A DNA stretch of 46,295 bases. Origin: Candidatus Buchananbacteria bacterium CG10_big_fil_rev_8_21_14_0_10_33_19 (lineage in GTDB: Bacteria; Patescibacteriota; Patescibacteriia; 2-01-FULL-39-33). A program made the position numbers and the translations under genes. Shown here in pieces: positions 38,693-46,295 of this stretch. The notes beneath the pieces were generated by a model. It was given only the letters and a program-made list of their open reading frames with translations. It made no database searches and was not told the DNA's origin. The stretch is taken from contig PEZY01000005.1 of the NCBI GenBank assembly GCA_002773855.1, forward strand, positions 74,237 to 120,531. The letters run 5' to 3'. The number at the start of each line of letters is the position of its first letter. Within the stretch, counting starts at the first letter, position 1.

Positions 38693-39088
38693 CTAAGCAA
38701 TGTGATTGCTTTTAATTAAATCCTTTATTTTAGCCACTACCTCCGAAGGCATAAAATGAGCTTTAATTAAATAATCAGTCGCTCCCAAGCTTAGGCCTTT
38801 TTCCACATCAGCCTTTTGACTTAAATTAGTCAATAATATAACTGGAATATCCTTTAACTTTTTATCCTTTTTAATATTTTCTAAAACTACAAAACCATTT
38901 AATTTTGGTAGTATTAAATCCAACAAAATCACGGCTGGTCTTTTTTTGCCGACTAATTCTAAACCCTTTTCGCCATCATAAGCTGTATAAACATCAAATC
39001 CTTCGAGTTCGAATTTTGTTCTATAAAGATCTGCTAAAAAAACATCATCTTCCACAATTAGGATTGGAATATTATTTTTTTGAATCAT
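38693..39088 (-). CDS. Single-domain response regulator inside the pilus operon
   Basis: ILIVEDD, LLDLILPKLNGF, LTNL, YLIKAHF. Confidence 0.93.
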   Translation of the reverse strand: MIQKNNIPILIVEDDVFLADLYRTKFELEGFDVYTAYDGEKGLELVGKKRPAVILLDLILPKLNGFVVLENIKKDKKLKDIPVILLTNLSQKADVEKGLSLGATDYLIKAHFMPSEVVAKIKDLIKSNHIA

Positions 39089-39112
39089 AATATAATAAAT
39101 TATTAATAATAA

Positions 39113-40858
39113 TTAAATCTGAGAAGCCCTCATTACCTCTTCCATAGTAGTAATACCTCGTAATCCTTTAATAATACCATCTTGCATTAAAGTTACAAAA
39201 CCTTGTTTTTTCATTAAAGCTCGAACATCCTCCATAGTAAAGTCTCTGGCAATTAAATCTCTAAATTCAGAAGTGATATCTAAAATTTCCGCAATCACAG
39301 TTCGACCATAATAACCAGTATCACCACAATCACTACAACCAGCTCCTTTGTAAAATTTATACTTACCACCGAATTCTTCTAAATATGTTTTTGGCATATT
39401 TTCTATTTCCTTCATAACGACTTTTTCGGCTGATGGTGGTAGTTTTATTTCTTGTTTGCAATTAGGGCATACCTTTCGAACTAAGCGCTGAGCCATTAAA
39501 ATATTTAAAGTGGATGCCAGCAAAAAAGCCTCGCCTTTCATATCTATCAAGCGTGGTATAGCCCCCCAAGCACTGTTAGTGTGTAATGTAGAAAAAACTA
39601 AATGACCAGTTAAACCAGCATGAACTACTAATTCCGCAGTTTCATTATCACGAATTTCTCCCACCATAATTACATTAGGATCTTGACGCAAAATTGCTCT
39701 AAGACCAGAAGCAAAATCAAAACCAATTTCTGGAATAATTTGTGATTGATTAATGCCTTCAATATAATACTCAATTGGATCCTCTAACGTCGTTATATTT
39801 ACACCTTCGCTATTTAACATATTTAAAACGGAATAAAGAGCCGTGGTTTTACCACTACCGGTTGGACCAGTTAACAAAAATATGCCGTGAGGTTTAATAA
39901 TATTTGCTTCAATAATTTTAATGTGATAGTCACTAAAACCTAATTCGGTTAAAGTAGGAATACCAGCCGATGTATCCAAAACTCTCATCACCACTTTTTC
40001 GGCATTTAACATAGGGAAAACAGAAATTCTCAAATCAATTTCTTTATCGCCTAACTTCATTCTAATTCTGCCGTCTTGCGGTTTTCTGGTTTCATCTAAT
40101 TTTAGATTAGCCAAAACTTTTATTCTAGACACCACTGAACTGTATAAATATTCTGGCAAGGTAATGGTAGTATGTAAAACGCCATCAACTCTATATCTCA
40201 CTCGACCTTCATGATGTTTGGGTTCAATATGAACATCTGAAGCTCCACCTTCAACAGCATGGCGAATGATTACTGATACAATTTTAGCAACTGGCGCCGA
40301 TTTAATAACATCTATATTATCTGTAATCTCTTCAACTCTAGTAACGTCCTCTTTACCTTCTTCGGTAAACTTTTCTCGAGCCGATTCTAGGGCTGTGCCA
40401 ATTTCTTTCTTAAAGCCACTATATTGTCTAAAAATGTCTCGGTAATCAGCCAAAGATATTACATAATACTTTGGATTTAAGCCTTGTTGTTGGGCCAAAA
40501 ATTCAATAGCCTCTTGAGCTATAAAATCATTAGGGTTAACCATGCCCACTTTTATCATATCTTCTGCTTTTTCAAAAATTATCATTTCATAATTCTTGGA
40601 AACCTTTTGTGGTAATAAATTCAAGACTTCACCTGCTACTTTAACATCTGCTAAATCAATAGCTTCCATGTTAAAAGCCTGACCCTTAATTCTAGTAAAC
40701 TCTTCGGCTGAAAATATACCATCAGACACCAAAATATCTTCCAATTTTTTATCTGAAGTTTCTAATTTATTCTCTACTTCCAACAACCGCTTAGGATCTA
40801 TTAAACTTTTTTGTAATAGAAAATCTTTTATTTTTGATAATTTGTCTTTACTATTCAT
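39113..40858 (-). CDS. pilB: Type IV pilus assembly ATPase (GspE/PulE family)
   Basis: ASDVHIEP, PQDGR, GPTGSGKTT, LRQDPNVIMVGEIRD, TGHLVFSTLHTN, CPNC/CSDC. Confidence 0.96.
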   Translation of the reverse strand: MNSKDKLSKIKDFLLQKSLIDPKRLLEVENKLETSDKKLEDILVSDGIFSAEEFTRIKGQAFNMEAIDLADVKVAGEVLNLLPQKVSKNYEMIIFEKAEDMIKVGMVNPNDFIAQEAIEFLAQQQGLNPKYYVISLADYRDIFRQYSGFKKEIGTALESAREKFTEEGKEDVTRVEEITDNIDVIKSAPVAKIVSVIIRHAVEGGASDVHIEPKHHEGRVRYRVDGVLHTTITLPEYLYSSVVSRIKVLANLKLDETRKPQDGRIRMKLGDKEIDLRISVFPMLNAEKVVMRVLDTSAGIPTLTELGFSDYHIKIIEANIIKPHGIFLLTGPTGSGKTTALYSVLNMLNSEGVNITTLEDPIEYYIEGINQSQIIPEIGFDFASGLRAILRQDPNVIMVGEIRDNETAELVVHAGLTGHLVFSTLHTNSAWGAIPRLIDMKGEAFLLASTLNILMAQRLVRKVCPNCKQEIKLPPSAEKVVMKEIENMPKTYLEEFGGKYKFYKGAGCSDCGDTGYYGRTVIAEILDITSEFRDLIARDFTMEDVRALMKKQGFVTLMQDGIIKGLRGITTMEEVMRASQI

Positions 40859-40864
40859 AGAGCA

Positions 40865-41149
40865 CTATTTTTTAGGACTAAATGGATCACCTCTATCTGG
40901 ATTTTCCTGATTTATTAAAATTGGCCACTCACCGTATTGCCTAAATTTTCCTAATTCTGATATTATTTTTTGTTTTAAGTTCTTATTTATAACAGTGCCA
41001 GTAATTGGTGGAGCGATAGATTGATAGTCTTCACCAATTATCTTTTTTTCTATATTTGGCCAAAAAAACCAGACCACAGTAAACACCACAACTACTAAAG
41101 CCATAATATAAATGAAACTCTTGGACACTTTTTTTCTAATTAAATCCAT
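40865..41149 (-). CDS. Small membrane-anchored protein in the PilP position
   Basis: TM and C-terminal RGDPF motif; follows pilO. Confidence 0.65.
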   Translation of the reverse strand: MDLIRKKVSKSFIYIMALVVVVFTVVWFFWPNIEKKIIGEDYQSIAPPITGTVINKNLKQKIISELGKFRQYGEWPILINQENPDRGDPFSPKK

Positions 41150-41153
41150 AACT

Positions 41154-41777
41154 TTATTTACTAGGATAATAATAAGTTGACAATTCTAATTTATAGCCAA
41201 CTTCATCAGGTGAAAAACTAATCGCCTTAACATCAAAAATCATCAAACTAGATTCTAAGGCTTCAATAAAACGACCAAAATTACCATAATCATTGCCAGC
41301 CGAACTAATAACTGTCATATTAATATCAACTCTTTTAAGCTTCGAGTCCCCTAAACCATTAGCTACTACTTCATTGGCCTCAATATTTTCAACAATAAAC
41401 TTATATTCACTAGCTAGTCGGCTTAATTGAACTACTATTGATGATAAATCAAAACGACTAGGTAGGGCTAAATTAAGTTTTCTCTCTTCATCAGGCGTAA
41501 ATTCAATTATTTTACTAGAATATTGACTCAAAAAATTACCGTCAGATTTAAGCTTATTAACTTCACCTTCTAATTGCAATAAAACTGTTTCTTTGTTTGA
41601 TTTTACTTCCCACTTAGGAACAATTACAAAATAATACCCAATGTACAGAATAATCACTCCAACCAAAATAAGAATTAATTTAAAATATTTATTTAAAACT
41701 TCCAGTAGTCTTTTATCTGGTTCAGTTTTTTTAGATTGATTATCGATAAGATTGTCGATATCTTTAATGTCTGCCAT
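41154..41777 (-). CDS. pilO: PilO-like protein
   Basis: TM, coiled coil, ALP, F..FIEALESSL.IFDV..I; position in the pilMNO block. Confidence 0.75.
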   Translation of the reverse strand: MADIKDIDNLIDNQSKKTEPDKRLLEVLNKYFKLILILVGVIILYIGYYFVIVPKWEVKSNKETVLLQLEGEVNKLKSDGNFLSQYSSKIIEFTPDEERKLNLALPSRFDLSSIVVQLSRLASEYKFIVENIEANEVVANGLGDSKLKRVDINMTVISSAGNDYGNFGRFIEALESSLMIFDVKAISFSPDEVGYKLELSTYYYPSK

Positions 41778-41782
41778 TACTT

Positions 41783-43033
41783 TTAATTATTTTCATTAGT
41801 AAATACACCGTCATTTAAAGTTAAATTAATATCAAATTTAACACCTTTAATTCCAGCTTTATCACCACTAACCACTTCTAAATTATTAACTTTAACCTGT
41901 TTCACAAAATCACTAGCTTTTTCAAAGGCGGTTATTTGTTGAGCGACTTTTCTATAGCTATCAGCGATTTGCTCTTCAATAGTGCTACCACTACCTATTG
42001 CGGCAATAGCTGGTAACATAAACTTACCAGAAGTATCAGCTGTAAACTCACTATAATAAACATTATCCAGAGTATACTTTTCCAGCAGTCCAAAAAACTT
42101 AGTCCAATAAATATGTTTAGTTAATAATTTATTAATAGCCAATAATTTATCTTGTAAAATAATATTTTTTTCTTGAACTCCCTTAAAATCATTAATGTAT
42201 GCCGCTAGTTTATTTTTATTTTCAGTTAAACCAGCAATATTAGACTCAATCTTTTTTTCTTGTTGATCAATAGTCAGATAAACAGCAGTAATTATTAAAG
42301 CTGGCATTAAAATTGCCAAAATAGTGCCAATAATTTGTTGTTTATTTTTAGGATAAGTTTTAAATAATAATTCTTGAGGCACCAAATTAATGTCTATCTT
42401 TGATTTTTCGGCTTTTGGTGCTGTGTGATATTTAGTTTTAACGCCCACTACTGGCCTACTATTATTAGATTGATTTGGCTTTACTGGCATCACCAAAGGC
42501 TTACCAGGCATGGTCATTTTTGGCTTTGGCGAAAATAGATTCATCAAACTAACCATAAACCCTGGTTTTTTTCTTCTAAGTTCTGGGCTATTTTTAAAGT
42601 TAACTTTAGTTTTTTGTGATTTATTTTTTAATTCAAATGATGGCATAGCTGGTGAAATTTGATTCTCAACTGTCGACTTAACTGGAGACTGGGCCGGGCC
42701 GATAGCATTTAAAAAAGTATTTTTTTGTTTGGGCAGACTTTTTATAGGGGCAGAGCTATGTCTAATATCATTTTTATTACTAAATTCTGAAGTATTAATT
42801 CGATTACCAAAAGAAGTGCTAGGTCTGACAACTGATGCTGATTTTATTTTACCACCAAAAATACCTGACCATAAAGATTTTTTAGGTCTAGATGGTTTAA
42901 TTGGCATAATCGGTTTTTCGGCCTTACCAGCTGACAGATTAACAGTAAAAGTCTTCGGCTGTTTAGCCGCTTTTAGAATCTCCTTCTTTTCCTTATTCCG
43001 CATTTCTTCTGGTAATAAGTTTATATTAGCCAT
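41783..43033 (-). CDS. pilN: PilN-like protein with long low-complexity N-terminal extension
   Basis: INLLP and INLVP motifs, TM, coiled coil, H.YW..FF..LE, KF.I.L. Confidence 0.75.
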   Translation of the reverse strand: MANINLLPEEMRNKEKKEILKAAKQPKTFTVNLSAGKAEKPIMPIKPSRPKKSLWSGIFGGKIKSASVVRPSTSFGNRINTSEFSNKNDIRHSSAPIKSLPKQKNTFLNAIGPAQSPVKSTVENQISPAMPSFELKNKSQKTKVNFKNSPELRRKKPGFMVSLMNLFSPKPKMTMPGKPLVMPVKPNQSNNSRPVVGVKTKYHTAPKAEKSKIDINLVPQELLFKTYPKNKQQIIGTILAILMPALIITAVYLTIDQQEKKIESNIAGLTENKNKLAAYINDFKGVQEKNIILQDKLLAINKLLTKHIYWTKFFGLLEKYTLDNVYYSEFTADTSGKFMLPAIAAIGSGSTIEEQIADSYRKVAQQITAFEKASDFVKQVKVNNLEVVSGDKAGIKGVKFDINLTLNDGVFTNENN

Positions 43034-43054
43034 TACTCTTTAGTCTTAATTTAA

Positions 43055-44167
43055 TTATTCGATGTCACGCATAGACAAGCCGATAGACACCGCAAATTTA
43101 GAACCCAATCTATCCAAAATTGGTTTTAATTCGGTGGGAAAAATAACTCTAGCCCAAGGATCACCAACGTAGGTATTTATATTCAAGGTATTAGACAAAT
43201 AACCAGACAAATTACCTAAAAGCGATGAACCGCCAGTTAAAATTATTTTTTCTACTTTTTTATTATTTTGTTCCTGATAAGCGCTAAGTGTGTACTTAAT
43301 TTCGTTTAAAATTGGTACAAACGCTTTTTCAACGGTTTGTGGTAAGGAGTTATCAGCAGTTTCTGAACCTAAAGACAAATCTTGCTTAAACTGTTCAGCT
43401 CTATCAAAATTAATATTTAAACTATTAGATATGGCTCTAGTAATCATTGTACCACCCATTTCTAGACTTCGACTTAAAACTGGTATACCTCTTTCAACAA
43501 TGGCAATGCTAGAAGTACTAGCTCCTAAGTCAACCAACATAATTATAGATTTATCATTACCAACCAGTGATCTAATTAAGGCAAAATTTTCTGTTTCTAA
43601 ACTAAGCAAAGTTAAACCAGCTCTATTAAAAATGTCCACGTATTTTTTAACTAATTTTTTACTGGCACCAGTTAAAAGTATTTTTAAATTTTTTTGTGGT
43701 TTAGAAAATATTTTACCAATTGGCTGATTATTTTGTTCTCCAGAAATATTTTCATTTTTAGCAGATATCACAACATCGTCTTCTAATTCTTCAATGATTT
43801 TCCAATCCAAAATAATATCTTCTAGAGGCATGGGAATTATTTTTTTGGCTTCCCAACTAATAGCCGAGGCTAACTCTTTCTTAGGTAAATTTGGTAAATT
43901 TAAAATAGAAGTAAACACCGAAAAATTTGGCAAAGCAGCAATTACTTTTTTTGATGAAGTTTTTGACTTGGCACAAATTTCAGAAATCATTGCAGCTGTG
44001 CCATCAGTATCATCGATTAAGTTTTTGATTTCACCTGGTTTTTTTTCAATAAAACCATAAGTTACTAGTCGTGGTCTACCTTTAAAATTAGATAATTCAA
44101 TAATCTTAATAGATGATGTGCCTATATCAATACCTAAGTAACTTGATTTTGAGGAAAAAATTCCCAT
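43055..44167 (-). CDS. pilM: Type IV pilus assembly protein PilM
   Basis: LGIDIGTSSIK, EAKK.IP, VDLGASTS, AEQFK, ILTGGSS, A.S.GL.MR. Confidence 0.95.
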   Translation of the reverse strand: MGIFSSKSSYLGIDIGTSSIKIIELSNFKGRPRLVTYGFIEKKPGEIKNLIDDTDGTAAMISEICAKSKTSSKKVIAALPNFSVFTSILNLPNLPKKELASAISWEAKKIIPMPLEDIILDWKIIEELEDDVVISAKNENISGEQNNQPIGKIFSKPQKNLKILLTGASKKLVKKYVDIFNRAGLTLLSLETENFALIRSLVGNDKSIIMLVDLGASTSSIAIVERGIPVLSRSLEMGGTMITRAISNSLNINFDRAEQFKQDLSLGSETADNSLPQTVEKAFVPILNEIKYTLSAYQEQNNKKVEKIILTGGSSLLGNLSGYLSNTLNINTYVGDPWARVIFPTELKPILDRLGSKFAVSIGLSMRDIE

Positions 44168-44189
44168 ATTTATTAATGAATTTACTATT

Positions 44190-46016
44190 TTAATAAGAAA
44201 AATCTCTCACTACTGGCAACCCCTCAACAAAACCGCTCAAGGCTTTAGGCGGATTAGCTGTTAGTCTGCCATCGTATATTATTCTCTCTGAACCCTGTAA
44301 TAAATCAGCATAATTTCTTTCTAAATCGAAAGCTTTGGCAATAACTAGTCCCAAAACACTCAATGGTTTATCAGAATCTCCAGAGAAAAACGCCCCACAA
44401 CCGGTTTTATTATAATTGTGATAATCAGTCTCAGACCCACTAGCTATTTGACAAGCAGTATCGTTACCTAAAACTACAAAGGCCCCTACAACTTTCTCTA
44501 CTGACGGATCAATTATTAAATCTCCTCTAATAATCCAGACAGCTGAGGCCAATTGATCTAACTTTGTTGGTACACCAGGCTCATAAGAAATGTTTGCTGA
44601 AATATTTAAATCACCGTCTACAATTATTATACCATTTCCTGACACGTTTGCGCTACTGTTAGTAAGTTGTAAACTATCAGGAATTTGTAAATCACCATCA
44701 AAGTGATAAACTTGTCCGCTTAAACTGCCACCAGTCGGTCCATTCCAAGCGCTAGCCGAAATATCATTGACAATTTGACCATATTTATTTCTAGTACCTA
44801 TGCCCGCTACTTTAGTTATTAAGCCAGTGATATCAATTTTTCCTAAAGCATTTCTATAAATACCGCCACTTGGCGATGACTGTAAGAATCCAGTATCCAC
44901 ACCCTGCACCAAACCAGTGGCTATGTCCTCACAATTTTGAGTTTTGATATTAACATTAATATCTTCAGCGAAAATACAATAGGTGGCATTTTTACCTTCA
45001 ACTCCAGATTTTTGTCGCACCCATTTGGGGGTATAAATAGAACCATACAAAGTTTGTAACCAAGGAAAAACAATATAACTAGATCCAAATTCAGTATTAT
45101 AGTGTAACCAACCAGCCCCAATTACTAAATCATCTGAAGTGGCATTATTATTATCAATATCAGCACCATTCCAAGACCAGCCCAATAACCGACCATCACT
45201 TAAATTTCTATTGACACCATACTGCTCCAAAGAAGTTGGCACTGAATTATTACAAGCTGAACAAGTAATTCTATCAGCTCCCAAAATACTTTCGGTAGTG
45301 CAAGTACTACATGATGTATAAATATAACCACTACCACCAGCTACAAAATCTTGTTCTCCCGGAACTATTGGATAATCAGTACCATTAAAATTGGTTTGGG
45401 CAAAGCAAGTATTACAAGTATCATAGTCATCTTCTGAATAAGTTATACATTTACCAGTGGGAATTAAATTACCTTCACCATCGTCAACCACTTCTGGAAC
45501 ATCACACTTTGGCTGACAATCATAACAAGCTTCGCCAGTCCCAGCTGGGATAATACCAGTTTCCCCACGACGCAATTTTATCCAACCATCATCATCTAGA
45601 GCATAAACCTTAGCCCAACCGGCTATTTTACCAGTAACATTATCCATTGTTGTATTTAATACACCGCTTGGTGGCACTCCCACGCAGCCTAATCTATCAT
45701 CGCCAGCACCATCACCAAAGCACACCCAACCCACATTCTCCGACCAAGCATAGCCAGATATTTTATTAGTCGGATCTATGATTACACTATAATCAACGCC
45801 AGGACCAGTAATTAAGCAATCACCGGGGTTTAACAACTGACAATTATTAGAATTAAGCGAAAACCAACCATAATTTTCTGACCACAACCAGCCAGCAAAA
45901 GAAAAGGTAATCCCCTGAGCTTTAGCGTCATAAAAACGATAACTAGTTATACTAATAACTACTATAATCAAAATTATTAATATCAAAGAACTGAATTTTA
46001 TAATTTTATATGCCAT
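44190..46016 (-). CDS. Secreted Cys-rich protein with G(W/Y)xWS-N-GW repeats (candidate adhesin)
   Basis: Signal/TM; GWLWSENYGW, GYAWSENVGW, GWAKV..GW, GWSWN..GW; CxxC clusters; C-terminal VDGDLxI beta repeats. Confidence 0.8.
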   Translation of the reverse strand: MAYKIIKFSSLILIILIIVVISITSYRFYDAKAQGITFSFAGWLWSENYGWFSLNSNNCQLLNPGDCLITGPGVDYSVIIDPTNKISGYAWSENVGWVCFGDGAGDDRLGCVGVPPSGVLNTTMDNVTGKIAGWAKVYALDDDGWIKLRRGETGIIPAGTGEACYDCQPKCDVPEVVDDGEGNLIPTGKCITYSEDDYDTCNTCFAQTNFNGTDYPIVPGEQDFVAGGSGYIYTSCSTCTTESILGADRITCSACNNSVPTSLEQYGVNRNLSDGRLLGWSWNGADIDNNNATSDDLVIGAGWLHYNTEFGSSYIVFPWLQTLYGSIYTPKWVRQKSGVEGKNATYCIFAEDINVNIKTQNCEDIATGLVQGVDTGFLQSSPSGGIYRNALGKIDITGLITKVAGIGTRNKYGQIVNDISASAWNGPTGGSLSGQVYHFDGDLQIPDSLQLTNSSANVSGNGIIIVDGDLNISANISYEPGVPTKLDQLASAVWIIRGDLIIDPSVEKVVGAFVVLGNDTACQIASGSETDYHNYNKTGCGAFFSGDSDKPLSVLGLVIAKAFDLERNYADLLQGSERIIYDGRLTANPPKALSGFVEGLPVVRDFSY

Positions 46017-46034
46017 TAACTATTTAATAATAGT

Positions 46035-46295
46035 TTATAATTCACAACATCGTATACTAGTAACTCCACCACTAGAATTTAATTGCACACCAGCCATAAA
46101 TTTATCTTGAAGACAAGCGTTTTGAGCTGAATTATTAACCAACTGCCAACCACAATTATCTGGTGAATTATTAGAAGCTGAAAAATTTCCAGTAGCGGAT
46201 ACATCGCCACCAAAAGTCACATCACGACCGTCAGCTTTAATAAAATAATTTAAACCAGGATTGACATTACTATTAGTTAAATAACTTGTAGTACC
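46035..46295 (-). CDS. C-terminus of a secreted/fibre-like protein (5' end beyond right edge)
   Basis: Frame open to the edge (GTTSYLTNSNVNPG..GDVSATGNF..C..C..MAG..IRCCEL*). Confidence 0.7.
   Translation of the reverse strand, partial: GTTSYLTNSNVNPGLNYFIKADGRDVTFGGDVSATGNFSASNNSPDNCGWQLVNNSAQNACLQDKFMAGVQLNSSGGVTSIRCCEL

Noticed and set aside
46035-46295. Shufflon variable C-terminus
   Set aside because: No inverted cassettes, sfx-like repeats or recombinase visible in the window.

Overview
AT-rich bacterial chromosome segment with almost all genes on the minus strand and few Shine-Dalgarno motifs. The gene content (type IV pilus locus with no secretin in the window, SHQLRTPL-type kinase, GWAWS-repeat secreted protein) suggests Patescibacteria/CPR (Parcubacteria-like); this assignment is inference. 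Left to right: a >1078-aa surface protein running off the left edge (not in the ORF track) and a short paralog; four stand-alone receiver proteins plus a soluble six-PAS histidine kinase; cobO/btuR coupled to class II RNR nrdJ; a stand-alone MEDS sensor; GH3 glucosidase; tRNA-Asn(GTT); rpoD-dnaG; a DedA / cytochrome b5 / ferric reductase / YibE-F / methyltransferase block; a small accessory block beside tRNA-Ser(GGA); thioredoxin-gatA-gatC-ligA; and a type IV pilus region (pilM, N, O, P-like, B, receiver, degenerate pilT, C, A, D, minor pilins). Two observations stand out. (1) A four-helix-bundle (23S-IVS-protein family) gene inside the minor-pilin operon is bracketed by inverted arrays of degenerate 7-nt repeats. 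A second, gene-less pair of the same arrays lies 1.3 kb away. In both cases the downstream array encodes part of a prepilin leader peptide. (2) tRNA-Asn is flanked on both sides by partial copies of itself carrying about 100-nt structured, purine-rich inserts.
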